Origin: an uncultured Burkholderiales bacterium
GTDB taxonomy: Bacteria > Pseudomonadota > Gammaproteobacteria > Burkholderiales > Burkholderiaceae_C
DNA: 64,000 bases
Assembly: GCA_945952065.1 (NCBI GenBank)
Contig: CAMFGY010000027.1
Coordinates: 1,763-65,762 of the forward strand
Direction of reading: 5' to 3'
The position numbers and the translations under genes were made by a program. The notes beneath the pieces are model-generated. The model saw only the letters and a program-made list of their open reading frames with translations. It searched no databases and had not been told where the DNA came from. Below, in pieces: positions 1 through 10,339 of this stretch (positions are counted from its first letter, which is position 1; each line of letters starts with the position of its first letter).

Positions 1-1766
1 TCAATACCTTTCAATATGGCGGCACACCGGGCGGCAGCCAGTACTTTGTCGACGTCAGCGCCAGCGGGCGCGCGCCGGGCCTGGTTTACAACAACCCACA
101 GCCCTTGCTGAACAACCAGTTGCCCGAGGGCGCGGTGGACAAGACCCGTTCGATGCGCCTGGATGTGGAATACCGCCTGGGCCAACACTCGCTGCGCGCC
201 GGCCTGGATCGCAATGAGCTGACCTCCTTGAACAACGGCGATTTCTTGCCGGGCGGCGGCGTCTATCGATACCGCAGAAACAATGACATCAACGCCATTC
301 CCGGCGACGCACCAGGCTCCATCAGCATTGCCAGTGGTGGCGGTCTCGGTCTTCAAGGCTATTACGGGCGGGAGTTCAATTTCTCCTCCGTCACCCATGC
401 CTACTCGGACACCTCGGCTTGGTACTTGGAAGACCGCTACCAGGTCAGCAAGAACTTGCTGATCTCCTTGGGTCTGCGCAGCGAGTCCTTCACCAACAAG
501 AACAATGAGAAAGAGGTCTTCCTGGACCAGCCCAATCAGATCGCGCCAAGGCTGGCCGCCATCTGGGACGTCAATGGTGACGCCAGCTTGAAGCTGTACG
601 GCAGTGCGGGCCGTTATGCGGTGCAGATGCCCACCCATTTGGCGGTACGGGGCGCGGGGCCCTCGACCTTTATGTGGCAGTACTTCACCTACACCGGCAT
701 CAATCCCGATGGCTCACCAGCGGGACGCAAAAACATCAGCCCCCGCTACAGCCCGGATGGCGAAGACGGCTCCAAGAAGGACCGCCGCACGCTGATGATT
801 GACGATATGAAGCCCAACAGCCAGGACGAGCTGTCGCTCGGCTTTGAGAAGGCCCTGAGCAAGTCCGTCAATATCGGCGGCAAGCTGACGTATCGCCGCT
901 TGGTGTCCACCATCGATGACTACTGCGGCGGCGCCGGCCCGATTCAGAAATGGGCAGATGAACGCAAGATCGACACCAGCAACTGGATCGGCGGCCCCAA
1001 TGGCACGGGGTTCTTGTGCACGCCCTTCAACCCTGGCGTGGACAACACCTTCAATGTGGACTTTGCGGGCACCGGCAAGGACTACACCAAGGTCAAGCTG
1101 AGCGCAGCCGAACTCGGCTTTGACAAGCCGCAGCGCGACTTCTTGGCCTTTGATGTGTTTGCCGAGCACCCCTTCAGCGATGGCTGGTACGGCAAGATCA
1201 GCTATGCCTACAGCCGTAACAAGGGCAATACCGAAGGGCAGACCCAGTCCGATGTGGGCCAGACCGATATCGGCGAGACCCGCTCCTGGGACTACACCGA
1301 TTTGATGGAGCATGCCTACGGCCCGCTGCCCAATCAGCGCACCCACTCGATCAAGGCCTATGGCTTTTATCAGCTGAACGAGCAATGGCAAATCGGCGCC
1401 AATGCCTTGCTCGCCTCGGGTCGCCCACGCAGCTGCATCGGCTCCTACCCGAGCACCCCCAACTCGGGCAATGGCTCGGCCTATCACTATTGCGACGGCA
1501 AGCCCTCGCCACGCGGCTCGGTCGGCACCCTGCCCTGGGACAAGCGCCTGGACCTGAACCTGATCTACCGCCCGTCGATCGTCAAAGGCTTGGCCTTGCG
1601 CCTGGATGTGTTCAACGCCTTCAACTCGCAAGTGGCGCAAAACGTCGATGAAACCTACAACGTAGGCGGCACCGGCACCAATGTGTCGCCCACCTATGAG
1701 CGGGTGATCAGCTACACCGAACCCCGCTTCCTCAAGTTCAGCCTCCAATACGACCACAAGTTCTGA
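1..1766 (+). CDS. TonB-dependent receptor, Oar-like (5' truncated by window edge)
   Basis: Open frame from the window edge. Beta-barrel-like sequence with 'LAPRLAAIWDVNGD', 'YGSAGRY' and 'LRLDVFNAFN', ending in aromatic Phe (YDHKF), as in outer-membrane barrels. Confidence 0.85.
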   Translation, partial: NTFQYGGTPGGSQYFVDVSASGRAPGLVYNNPQPLLNNQLPEGAVDKTRSMRLDVEYRLGQHSLRAGLDRNELTSLNNGDFLPGGGVYRYRRNNDINAIPGDAPGSISIASGGGLGLQGYYGREFNFSSVTHAYSDTSAWYLEDRYQVSKNLLISLGLRSESFTNKNNEKEVFLDQPNQIAPRLAAIWDVNGDASLKLYGSAGRYAVQMPTHLAVRGAGPSTFMWQYFTYTGINPDGSPAGRKNISPRYSPDGEDGSKKDRRTLMIDDMKPNSQDELSLGFEKALSKSVNIGGKLTYRRLVSTIDDYCGGAGPIQKWADERKIDTSNWIGGPNGTGFLCTPFNPGVDNTFNVDFAGTGKDYTKVKLSAAELGFDKPQRDFLAFDVFAEHPFSDGWYGKISYAYSRNKGNTEGQTQSDVGQTDIGETRSWDYTDLMEHAYGPLPNQRTHSIKAYGFYQLNEQWQIGANALLASGRPRSCIGSYPSTPNSGNGSAYHYCDGKPSPRGSVGTLPWDKRLDLNLIYRPSIVKGLALRLDVFNAFNSQVAQNVDETYNVGGTGTNVSPTYERVISYTEPRFLKFSLQYDHKF

Positions 1767-1777
1767 GTCCGGACCGA

Positions 1778-1799
1778 AGGATGGCCCTGCGGCCATCCT
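1778..1799. terminator. Hairpin between convergent TBDR and LytTR genes
   Basis: AGGATGGCC-CTGC-GGCCATCCT, 9-bp perfect stem just after the stop codon; no U-tract. Confidence 0.5.
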
Positions 1800-1885
1800 G
1801 ACGCCGGACGAAGGCCCAGGCGCCTGCCAGCGACTGGGCTGAGGCCGAACGAGGGCCCTCGCGCCCTTTGGAGAAGCCAGCAGGC

Positions 1886-2734
1886 TCAGCCAGCAACGCT
1901 GAGTTCGGCGCGGACGTCTTTCACAAAGCGCTCGCTGACCGGCACCTTGTCCCCCGAGGTCAGCGTGAGCTCATAGGTGCTGTCACCGGTGACTTCCATG
2001 CGGCTCATAGCCGAGGGGCGTACCAGGGCCGTGCGGTGCACCCGCATGAATTGCTGGGGTGGCAAACGCAAAGCCAGCGCGCTCAGGGTCGAGCGATGCA
2101 AGACCACACGCGGGCTGCCCTGACCCGGCATCGCCCGCAGATGCAGCTCCACATAGTTGCCCGCCGCTGCAATCCATTCAATTTCTTGCACCGCAATTCG
2201 CTCCACCGAACCGACCGAGCGCACCGTCAAGTAGGCCAAGCTTGGGCAGGGTTGGCCGGCCGCCAACTGGGTTTGCTCCGTCAAGAAGCTGCCCATGGCG
2301 TCGGCATAGGCTGCAATTTGGGCCGCTGCATGGGCCGCGCTTTGCCGCAGCGCCAGCACTTGTTCGGCCCGCGCCAACATGGCGGCAAAGCGTTGGTCAT
2401 CAAAGGGCTTGAGCAGATAGTCCAGCGCGAACACATCAAAGGCGCTGATGGCATGGGCATCAAAAGCCGTGACAAAAACGATCAAGGGCGCGGGCTGCTG
2501 CGGGCTGGCCTTGGCCTGCAACTCTGCGGCGAAATTCAGGCCGTTTTGGCGCGGCATTTGAATGTCCAGCAAGAGCAAATCGATGTCACGGCTGGCCAGC
2601 GCCACCCGCGCTTCCGCCGTGCCCGCACACACGCCTGCGCAGCGCCAGCCCGGGTGATCGGCCAAGGCCAGCTGCAGATTGCTGCGCGCCAGCGCTTCGT
2701 CATCCACCACCAGCGCGTTCAGAACTTTCTTCAT
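1886..2734 (-). CDS. LytTR-family response regulator
   Basis: REC domain (VVDDE, LLLLDIQMP, FVTAFD, YLLKP) plus LytTR domain (IEWIAAAGNYVELH, FMRVHRTALV). Start at 2734 or 2743. Confidence 0.92.
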   Translation of the reverse strand: MKKVLNALVVDDEALARSNLQLALADHPGWRCAGVCAGTAEARVALASRDIDLLLLDIQMPRQNGLNFAAELQAKASPQQPAPLIVFVTAFDAHAISAFDVFALDYLLKPFDDQRFAAMLARAEQVLALRQSAAHAAAQIAAYADAMGSFLTEQTQLAAGQPCPSLAYLTVRSVGSVERIAVQEIEWIAAAGNYVELHLRAMPGQGSPRVVLHRSTLSALALRLPPQQFMRVHRTALVRPSAMSRMEVTGDSTYELTLTSGDKVPVSERFVKDVRAELSVAG

Positions 2735-3959
2735 GGTCAGCATCTCGACAGGGAAGCGTCAATTCGGTTTCAAAACACGCCTGCTGCGGCAAGGCTTCGC
2801 TGCGCAGCTGGGCTTGATCGCCGTACAGCATGCTCAGGCGCTGGCGCGTCGCACTCAGCCCCAAGCCATGACCCGGCAGGCGCGCCGCTTCGGCGGGCAT
2901 GGGGTTGCGTATCAAAAACACCATGCGCCCAGGCTCGCGACAACTCAGGCTCAAGGTCAACAGGCCCTGGCCTTCATGGGCTTCCAAGCCGTGGCGTATG
3001 GCGTTTTCGATCAAGGGCTGCAAGAGCAAGGGCGGGCAAGCAATCTCGGACCAATCGGGCGCCTCGGGGCCTTCTGGCAAGGCCCAGCGCAGCTGCAAGC
3101 CCTCGCCAAAACGCAGGCTTTGCAGGGCCAAATAGTCGCGCACAAAGTCCAGCTCATCTTGCACCGTGACCCAGTTGCTGCGGCTGGCGCGCAAGGCATA
3201 ACGCAACAACTCACTGACCCGGCTCAGGGCCGACAAAGCGGTGCTGCGCTCGCTGCCGCGCACCAGGGCCGAGATGCTGTTCAGGGCATTGAACAAAAAG
3301 TGCGGCTCCAACTGACCCTGCAACAAGGTCAAGCGCAGGCGCAGATTGTCGGTCTGCTCGCGGCGCCAATCGAGTTCACGCGCCCGTGCCGCCTGCAGCG
3401 CACTCAGCCCCGCTTGAATGCCAAAAGCACAGCTGGCCATCACCAAGTCATAAAAGCGGTTGAACCAGCCTTGCTCGCCCATGTGCTGCCACCAAAGGCT
3501 CAAGGGCCGGCCTTTTTGCAGCAGATCAACCGCGCTGACGTAAGCCACCCACAGGGTCATGAACACCCCCATGCACAGCACAAAGTTCTTCGCCACCGCT
3601 TCGGGGCTGCTCCATCGATGAGGCCAGCGCTTGGCCTGCATGAACAAGCACCAGCTCAGCACGATGTAGGCGCAGAAGAAGGGCAAATAGTCTTTCAACA
3701 GCAGCCCAAAACTGAGCGGCTTGCGCCCCAGCTTGGCGGCGTCATTGCTCAAGGCCAGCACGATCAGCAGGCACACCAGCATCCAAACCACGGTGCTGAC
3801 CCACAGGCCACGCCAAGCCATGCCGCGCCAGCCGTCCGCGCGAGAACTGGCAGGGCTTGCAGCAGCGCCGTCGGCCTTCAAGGCGGGGTCCGCCAGGCCA
3901 TCAGATCGTTCGATTCGCATGAGTTTGGAGGCGTCAGGCCCCGGGTGAGCCTGATGCAT
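2700..3959 (-). CDS. LytS/YehU-family sensor histidine kinase
   Basis: About 4 hydrophobic segments, H-box QLEPHFLFNALN, LLQPLIENAIRHG and GHGLGL. Overlaps the start of the LytTR gene. Start may be 3920. Confidence 0.92.
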   Translation of the reverse strand: MHQAHPGPDASKLMRIERSDGLADPALKADGAAASPASSRADGWRGMAWRGLWVSTVVWMLVCLLIVLALSNDAAKLGRKPLSFGLLLKDYLPFFCAYIVLSWCLFMQAKRWPHRWSSPEAVAKNFVLCMGVFMTLWVAYVSAVDLLQKGRPLSLWWQHMGEQGWFNRFYDLVMASCAFGIQAGLSALQAARARELDWRREQTDNLRLRLTLLQGQLEPHFLFNALNSISALVRGSERSTALSALSRVSELLRYALRASRSNWVTVQDELDFVRDYLALQSLRFGEGLQLRWALPEGPEAPDWSEIACPPLLLQPLIENAIRHGLEAHEGQGLLTLSLSCREPGRMVFLIRNPMPAEAARLPGHGLGLSATRQRLSMLYGDQAQLRSEALPQQACFETELTLPCRDADHEESSERAGGG

Positions 3960-4050
3960 GAGAAGAATGGAAGCAACAGCAACAACGCCAACAACGCTAA
4001 AAGCGCCTGCACCCTGCGAGCACTGTATGCCAAGGGACGGCTCGGACGCC

Positions 4051-4083
4051 GGCTCTCATCCCCCCACACAGGCGTTTCATCCC
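4051..4083. promoter_or_regulatory. Putative LytTR-binding direct repeat
   Basis: T(C/T)TCATCCC twice; the TCATCCC cores at 4056 and 4077 are 21 bp apart, the two-helical-turn spacing typical of LytTR sites. Confidence 0.5.
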
Positions 4084-4187
4084 ACAGCAAGGCGGCGTGC
4101 CGACTTTGTGCGCCAAAGTCGGCGCCGCGCGCAGTCCGCTGCGCCAGAGTCAAAGCCCACGCCCCAACAACGCCCCTTGATTTGAGG

Positions 4188-4766
4188 ATGTTCGCCATGC
4201 CCCGTTTCAGCCCCTTCTTCGCCCCTCGCCTGTGCCTGAGTCTGGGGCTTTGCCTGCTGAGCAGCATCGCCTGCGCGCAAGCGCCGGCCGCCAGCAGCAC
4301 AGCCCCGGCCCGCGACGCCGCAGGCCAGTACCGCGAGATGTCGGCGCAAACCCAAGATGTGGCAGAGCGCTATGTGCAAGCCTATATGAGCCGCGACTGG
4401 CCACGCTTGTTTCCGCTGATGTCGGAGCGCATTCGCTTCTCTGACCCCACGGCCAAGCTGGTCTTTGGCGACTTGAACCAGCAGGGCAAGCCGGCCCTGA
4501 CGAAGTACTTCAGCGAGGTCTATCCCTATGTGGAAACCCATGCCTTCAAGCGCGAGCGCAGCACGTTTGCAGGCCAACACGCCATCTTTATCGGAGAGTC
4601 GGACTGGTCCATTTCCCTGCCCGGACAAACGCCCGTGCGCAGCAAATCGCAGCTGGTGCTGGCCCTGAGAATCGAAGACGGATTGGTCCAGGAACACCTG
4701 GAGCTGGCCGATTTGCAGAGCTACCTGAGCCACCGCCAAGAGCTGGCGGCCAGCCGTAAACCCTGA
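4188..4766 (+). CDS. Secreted NTF2/SnoaL-like domain protein
   Basis: GAGG precedes ATG 4188 (alternative 4197). Signal peptide ends ...IACA-QA. 'AERYVQAYMSRDWPRLFPLMSERIRFSDPT' fits the NTF2-like fold start. Confidence 0.75.
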   Translation: MFAMPRFSPFFAPRLCLSLGLCLLSSIACAQAPAASSTAPARDAAGQYREMSAQTQDVAERYVQAYMSRDWPRLFPLMSERIRFSDPTAKLVFGDLNQQGKPALTKYFSEVYPYVETHAFKRERSTFAGQHAIFIGESDWSISLPGQTPVRSKSQLVLALRIEDGLVQEHLELADLQSYLSHRQELAASRKP

Positions 4767-4872
4767 GCCGCTGTGACGCAAGACAGGGCGGGCCGCTTGT
4801 GTGTATGCTGCACGGCGCCGCTGCATTTGGCGCACGGCGCCGCCCCAGCCCAGCCTTCGCGAGGATGCCCCC

Positions 4873-5340
4873 ATGATTCAACTGACCGTCAACGGCAAAG
4901 CCACTTCGGTGGACGCTGACCCCGAGATGCCCCTGCTGTGGGCGCTGCGAGAAGACCTTCAGCTGACCGGCACCAAATACGGTTGCGGCATGGCGCTGTG
5001 CGGCGCCTGCACCGTGCATGTGGACGGGCAGGCCGTGCGCTCCTGCTCAACGCCCTTGTCGGCCGTGGCCGGCAAGAAAGTCACCACCATTGAAGGGGTG
5101 GGGGCCAGCAAGACCGGCCGTGCGGTGCAGACCGCCTGGGTCAAGCTCGATGTGCCGCAGTGCGGTTACTGCCAAAGCGGCCAAGTGATGAGCGCCTGTG
5201 CGCTGCTGGCGCGCAAGAAGTCGCCCAGTGACGCCGACATCGATGCGGCCATGAGCGGCAATATCTGCCGCTGCGGCACCTACCAACAAGTGCGCGCCGC
5301 CATCCACGACGCCTCGGCTCTCTTGAAGAAAGGCGCTTGA
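4873..5340 (+). CDS. (2Fe-2S)-binding small subunit, isoquinoline 1-oxidoreductase alpha type
   Basis: [25 protein letters not shown] and NICRCGTY motifs; GAGGA SD upstream. Confidence 0.93.
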   Translation: MIQLTVNGKATSVDADPEMPLLWALREDLQLTGTKYGCGMALCGACTVHVDGQAVRSCSTPLSAVAGKKVTTIEGVGASKTGRAVQTAWVKLDVPQCGYCQSGQVMSACALLARKKSPSDADIDAAMSGNICRCGTYQQVRAAIHDASALLKKGA

Positions 5341-5342
5341 TC

Positions 5343-7493
5343 ATGAGCAGCTCCACGGTCAACAGCAACCGCCGCGCCTTCCTGAAAAGCAGCGCTGGCA
5401 GCGCCTTGATGATCTCCTTTGCGCTGCCGCTGGCCAGCAAGCGCGCCGAGGCGCAGACCAGCAATACCTTTGCGCCCAATGCTTGGCTGCGCATCACGCC
5501 AGACAACCGCATCACCGTGCTGTGCGGCTCCTCCGAGATGGGCCAGGGGGTGCTGACCGCCATCCCCATGCTGGTGGCCGAAGAGCTGGACGCCGACTGG
5601 CGCCAAGTCGGCGTGGAGCAAGCCCCCGCCGACACGGCCTACAACAACCCGCTGTTTGGCATGCAAGGCACCGGTGGCAGCACCACGGTGCGCGCGCACT
5701 GGACGCCGCTGCGCCAAGCCGGCGCCGCAGCGCGCCACATGCTGGTGGCGGCCGCAGCCGAAACCTGGAAGTTGGATGCCGCACAGCTGCGCGCCGAAGG
5801 CAGCCATGTGCTGGGCCCGGGCGGCAAGAAGCTCAGCTATGGCGAGTTGGTGGCCACAGCGGCCCAACAAGCCGTGCCCAGCAAACCCAGGCTCAAGGCC
5901 CCCGGCGAATTCAAGCTGCTGGGCCGGGCCACCCGGCGTTTGGACACGCCGGCCAAGGTCAATGGCAGTGCTCAATTCGGCATCGACGCCCATGTGGAAG
6001 GCCTGCTGGTGGCGGTGATGTCGCGCGCGCCCGCCGCGGGTGCCAAGCCCAAGAGCATGGATGAGGCCGCGGCCCGCGCGATCAAGGGCGTCAAACATGT
6101 GATCACGCTGGAGCAAGGCGTGGCCGTGCTGGCCACCGGCTTTTGGGCCGCCAAAAAGGGCCGCGAAGCCCTGAAGCTGCAATGGGATCTGGGCGCGGCG
6201 GCGGAGCTCAGCAGCGCCAAAGTCAGCAGCCTCTTGGAGTCTGCCGCGAGCCAAGCGCAAGCCATTGCCGTGGACAAAGGCAATTTGAAAGATGCCGCCG
6301 CCAACGCCAGCCAGCAACTCAGCGCCACCTACGAGGTGCCCTATCTGGCCCATGCCTGCATGGAGCCGCTGAACTGCACCGCCTGGGTGCGTGAGCATGA
6401 GGCCAGCGTCTGGGTGGGCACCCAGGGGCAAGGGCCCACGCGGCAAATCGTCGCGCAAATCGCCGGTGTGCCCGCCGACAAGGTCAAGGTGCACACCACC
6501 TTGCTGGGAGGCGGCTTCGGGCGCCGCTTTGCGCATGACTTCACCATCAGCGCGACGCTGCTCTCCAAGATCAGCGGCCACCCGGTCAAGCTGATCTACG
6601 AACGCGCCGACGACATGGCCGCCGGCTTCTATCGGCCCGCCTCGCTGGTCAAGTTCGAGGGGGCCTTGGATGACAAAGGCCAGATGAGCCTGCTGCGAGC
6701 CGATATCGGCGCACCTTCCATCATGGCCGGCTCCGGTTTCATGAAGCTGCCGGCCAGCGGCGTGGACGCGATGGCGGTGGAGGGCATTGCCGATCATCAC
6801 TACGAAATCACCAACCAACGCATTGCCTACGGTCAGGCCGAGCCTGGGCCGCAGGTCTGGTTCTGGCGCTCGGTGGGGCACTCTCAAAACGTCTTCTTCC
6901 TGGAGAGCTTTGTCGACGAGATGGCCCACGCGGCCAAGGCCGATCCGCTGCAGTTCCGCCTCAAGATGCTGAGCCAACAGCCGCGCCTGCGTGGCGTCTT
7001 GGAGCTGGCCGCCGCCAAGGCCGGCTGGGGCAAGCCCGCGGCCCCGGGCGTGTACCGCGGCATTGCAGCCGCCGAGTGTTTTGGCAGTTATGTGGCCGAG
7101 GTGGCGGAGGTGTCTATTGGCAAAGACGGCAGCCCCAAAGTGCACCGGGTGGTGGCCGCGGTGGACTGCGGCATGACGGTCAATCCGCTGACCATCACGC
7201 ACCAAATCGAAAGCGCCATTTGCTACGGCCTCTCAGCGGCGCTGTACGGCCGCATCAGTCATAAAGATGGTCAGGTGGAGCAAAGCAATTTCCACGACTA
7301 CCCGGTCTTGCGCATGCCCGAGATGCCCAAGGTCGAAGTGCATTTGGTGGCCAGCAAGGAAGCGCCCGGCGGCATCGGGGAGCCCGGCACACCGCCGATT
7401 GCGCCTGCGGTGTGCAATGCCATCTTCGCCGCCACTGGCGTGCGGGTGCGCAAGCTGCCGATCGAGCCGGCCGCCTTGCTGAAGAAGGCCTGA
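5343..7493 (+). CDS. Molybdopterin-binding large subunit, isoquinoline 1-oxidoreductase beta type
   Basis: Twin-arginine leader NRRAFLK; [30 protein letters not shown] motifs. Confidence 0.92.
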   Translation: MSSSTVNSNRRAFLKSSAGSALMISFALPLASKRAEAQTSNTFAPNAWLRITPDNRITVLCGSSEMGQGVLTAIPMLVAEELDADWRQVGVEQAPADTAYNNPLFGMQGTGGSTTVRAHWTPLRQAGAAARHMLVAAAAETWKLDAAQLRAEGSHVLGPGGKKLSYGELVATAAQQAVPSKPRLKAPGEFKLLGRATRRLDTPAKVNGSAQFGIDAHVEGLLVAVMSRAPAAGAKPKSMDEAAARAIKGVKHVITLEQGVAVLATGFWAAKKGREALKLQWDLGAAAELSSAKVSSLLESAASQAQAIAVDKGNLKDAAANASQQLSATYEVPYLAHACMEPLNCTAWVREHEASVWVGTQGQGPTRQIVAQIAGVPADKVKVHTTLLGGGFGRRFAHDFTISATLLSKISGHPVKLIYERADDMAAGFYRPASLVKFEGALDDKGQMSLLRADIGAPSIMAGSGFMKLPASGVDAMAVEGIADHHYEITNQRIAYGQAEPGPQVWFWRSVGHSQNVFFLESFVDEMAHAAKADPLQFRLKMLSQQPRLRGVLELAAAKAGWGKPAAPGVYRGIAAAECFGSYVAEVAEVSIGKDGSPKVHRVVAAVDCGMTVNPLTITHQIESAICYGLSAALYGRISHKDGQVEQSNFHDYPVLRMPEMPKVEVHLVASKEAPGGIGEPGTPPIAPAVCNAIFAATGVRVRKLPIEPAALLKKA

Positions 7494-7515
7494 GCCGGCG
7501 CTGCGCCCGCCGGGC

Positions 7516-7713
7516 TCAGTTCGCCGGCGGGTAGCCTTCCTCGCTGAGCGCGGCGGCCAAGGCCTCGCGGCTGGCCGTCGCCTCGCTGATGCGCACCAAG
7601 CGCGCGTCGCGGTCGAACTCCAGCTTGGCCGCTGGGTCCAGCGTTTGAATGGTCTTGGTGACGGTGGCCACACAGTGGCCGCAAGTCATGTCAGGCAGTT
7701 TGAATTCAAGCAT
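7516..7713 (-). CDS. copZ: Copper chaperone (HMA domain)
   Basis: 65 aa with DMTCGHC; divergent from copA. Confidence 0.9.
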   Translation of the reverse strand: MLEFKLPDMTCGHCVATVTKTIQTLDPAAKLEFDRDARLVRISEATASREALAAALSEEGYPPAN

Positions 7714-7774
7714 CAAAAACTCCTTGTTCGTGGTGTGGGGCTTGGCTGCCAGCCGATGCGGCAGTGACAGGATC

Positions 7775-7805
7775 AGCTTAGACCTTGCCATAGGGTCAAG
7801 GTCAA
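7775..7805 (-). promoter_or_regulatory. CueR-type promoter of copZ
   Basis: On the minus strand TTGACC-19 bp-TAAGCT, with dyad ACCTTG...CAAGGT; a 19-bp spacer is the MerR-family hallmark. Confidence 0.8.
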
Positions 7806-7860
7806 GGGCCGCAAGGCAGGCAAAGCAGGCAAGGGCGAGGCCCCTCATCGCCAAATGAGC

Positions 7861-7891
7861 TTGACCTTACCATGATGGGAAGCTTTACATT
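7861..7891 (+). promoter_or_regulatory. CueR-type promoter of copA
   Basis: TTGACC-19 bp-TACATT containing ACCTTACC-ATGAT-GGGAAGCT, matching the CueR ACCTTCC-N7-GGAAGGT consensus. Confidence 0.85.
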
Positions 7892-7897
7892 GGGGCC

Positions 7898-10339
7898 ATG
7901 CACACCAACCTGCCCCCCGCCCTGACCTTGCCCATTGCCGGCATGAGCTGTGCCTCCTGCGTCAAGCGGGTGGAAAAAGCCCTGCTGCGCGTGCCCGGCG
8001 TACAAAGCGCCGAGGTCAATCTGGCCCATGAAAGCGCCACGGTCAGTGGCAGCCCAGAGCTGCGTTTGGCGAGTTTGCGCGAGGCCGTCGAGCGCGCCGG
8101 CTTCAGCCTGCTGGAGCAAGACATCCGCTTGCAAATCGGCGGCATGAGTTGCGCCTCCTGCGTGGGTCGGGTGGAGCGGGCTTTGCTGAAGCTGCCGGGC
8201 GTCTTGCAGGCCGAAGTCAATTTGGCCACCGAGTCGGCCCAGGTGCGTGCGCTGGCCACGGTTGACAAGCAAGCCCTGATCAGCGCGCTGGCCCAAGCCG
8301 GCTATGAGGCCCAGGTGCCCAGCGATGCAGCCGCCGAGCAAGCCCAGCGCCCGCTGCCCTGGCAACACAGCGGCTGGCCGGTGCTGATCGCGGCCCTGCT
8401 TTCGGCGCCCCTGGTGCTGCCCATGCTGGGCATGCTCTGGGGCCGGCATTGGATGCTGAATGGCTTTGTGCAACTGGCCCTGGCGCTGCCGGTGCAGTTC
8501 TGGCTGGGCGGGCGTTTTTACAAAGCTGGCTGGGCCGCCTTGCGCGCCGGCAGCGGCAATATGGACTTGCTGGTGGCCCTGGGCACCAGCGCGGCCTTTG
8601 GACTCTCGATCTATGAGCTTTGGCTGAACGGCCCCCACACCATGGCCTTGTACTTTGAGTCGGCCGCGGTGGTCATCACCCTGGTGCTGCTGGGCAAATG
8701 GCTGGAGGCGCGCGCCAAGCGGCAAACCACCGAAGCGATTCGAGCGCTCCGGAATCTGCAGCCAGACACCGCCCGGGTGCGCCGCAATGGCCAAGAGCAG
8801 GTGGTCCCCGTGGGGCAGCTGCGCCTGGGGGACGAGGTGCTGGTGCGGCCCGGCGAACGCATCCCGGTGGACGGCGTGGTGCTGGAGGGCGCCAGCCATG
8901 TGGATGAATCGCTGATCACCGGCGAGAGCGTGCCCATCAGCAAAAGCCTGCAGGACAAGGTCGTTGGCGGATCGGTCAATGGCGAAGGCCTGCTGCGCTT
9001 GCGCGTCAGCGCCCTGGGGGCCGAGAGCACCTTGTCCCGCATCGTTCGTTTGGTGGAGTCGGCGCAGGCCAAAAAAGCGCCCATCCAGCGCCTGGTGGAT
9101 CAGGTGAGTGCGGTCTTTGTGCCGGTGGTGCTGGGCTTGGCCCTGCTCACCTTGTTGGGCTGGGGCTGGCTTGCCGGCGACTGGCAACAAGCTTTGCTCA
9201 ATGCCGTGGCCGTGCTGGTGATTGCCTGCCCCTGCGCCCTGGGGCTGGCCACGCCCACGGCCATCATGGCCGGCACCGGCGTCGCCGCCCAACACGGCAT
9301 TCTGATCAAGGACGCTGAGGCCTTGGAGCTGGCAGCACGCCTGGACGTGGTGGCGTTTGACAAAACCGGCACGCTGACCCTGGGCCAAGCCCAGCTGATC
9401 AGCTTGCAGCCCGCTGCGGGCTTGGAGGCGGCGCAGGTCTTGACTTGGGCCGCAGCGCTGCAAGCAGGCAGCGAACACCCGCTGGCCCGTGCAGTGAACG
9501 AGGCCGCGGCGCTTCAGTCGCTGCCCATCCCGCCAGCGGCGCAGATGCGCGCCGTGGCGGGCCGCGGCATTGCCGCCCATATCACGCAGGAAGACGGCAC
9601 GCTGCTGGACTTGCGCCTGGGCAGCAGCCGCTTCATGCAGGAGTTGGGCGTGGCCACCACGGCCTTGCAATCTCAGGCTCAGGCCTTGCAGCAGCAGGGC
9701 CGCACGGTTTCTTGGTTGGCCGATGTGAGCGTCGACACGGGCGGGCCTCGTGTGCTGGGTCTGCTGGCCTTTGGCGATGCGCTCAAGCCCACGGCGGCCG
9801 CCGCGGTGCAAGCCCTGCACCAGATGGGCGTTCGCACCGTCATGCTCAGCGGCGACAACGCCGGCAGCGCCGCACATGCGGGCCAGCTCTTGGGCATCCA
9901 AGAGCTGCGGGCCGAGGTCTTGCCCGAAGACAAAGCGCGCATCCTGGCCGAACTCAAGCAAGGCCCTGCCGAGACCGGCGCACAGGCGGCGCGCCGGCAT
10001 GTCGCCATGGTGGGCGATGGCATCAATGACGCCCCCGCCCTGGCCGCCGCCGATGTCGGCATGGCCATGGCCACCGGCACCGATGTGGCCATGGCAGCGG
10101 CGGGCATCACCCTGATGCACGGCGACCCTGCGCTGGTGGCCCAGGCCATTGCTTTGTCGCGCCGCACCGTGGCCAAGATTCGGCAAAACCTGTTCTGGGC
10201 CTTTGCCTACAACGTGATCGGCATTCCGCTGGCGGCGTTGGGCTATCTGAACCCCATCATTGCGGGGGCGGCCATGGCGCTGTCCAGCGTCTCGGTGGTC
10301 AGCAATGCCTTGTTGCTGAAGCGTTGGAAAGGTGCATGA
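7898..10339 (+). CDS. copA: Copper-translocating P1B-type ATPase
   Basis: Two GMSCASC HMA domains; [33 protein letters not shown] and MALSS motifs. Confidence 0.96.
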   Translation: MHTNLPPALTLPIAGMSCASCVKRVEKALLRVPGVQSAEVNLAHESATVSGSPELRLASLREAVERAGFSLLEQDIRLQIGGMSCASCVGRVERALLKLPGVLQAEVNLATESAQVRALATVDKQALISALAQAGYEAQVPSDAAAEQAQRPLPWQHSGWPVLIAALLSAPLVLPMLGMLWGRHWMLNGFVQLALALPVQFWLGGRFYKAGWAALRAGSGNMDLLVALGTSAAFGLSIYELWLNGPHTMALYFESAAVVITLVLLGKWLEARAKRQTTEAIRALRNLQPDTARVRRNGQEQVVPVGQLRLGDEVLVRPGERIPVDGVVLEGASHVDESLITGESVPISKSLQDKVVGGSVNGEGLLRLRVSALGAESTLSRIVRLVESAQAKKAPIQRLVDQVSAVFVPVVLGLALLTLLGWGWLAGDWQQALLNAVAVLVIACPCALGLATPTAIMAGTGVAAQHGILIKDAEALELAARLDVVAFDKTGTLTLGQAQLISLQPAAGLEAAQVLTWAAALQAGSEHPLARAVNEAAALQSLPIPPAAQMRAVAGRGIAAHITQEDGTLLDLRLGSSRFMQELGVATTALQSQAQALQQQGRTVSWLADVSVDTGGPRVLGLLAFGDALKPTAAAAVQALHQMGVRTVMLSGDNAGSAAHAGQLLGIQELRAEVLPEDKARILAELKQGPAETGAQAARRHVAMVGDGINDAPALAAADVGMAMATGTDVAMAAAGITLMHGDPALVAQAIALSRRTVAKIRQNLFWAFAYNVIGIPLAALGYLNPIIAGAAMALSSVSVVSNALLLKRWKGA

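Noticed and set aside
2679-4187. N-terminal 500 aa of the 695-aa ORF 2679-4766
   Set aside because: Antisense to the LytS kinase; only the part from ATG 4188 has an SD, signal peptide and domain.
5280-7205. 641-aa antisense ORF opposite the molybdoenzyme gene (likewise 7802-10354, 22508-24679, 27333-29258, 38100-41090, 42040-43680, 50863-52152)
   Set aside because: Shadow ORFs expected from high-GC codon bias; they mirror well-supported genes and show no family motifs.
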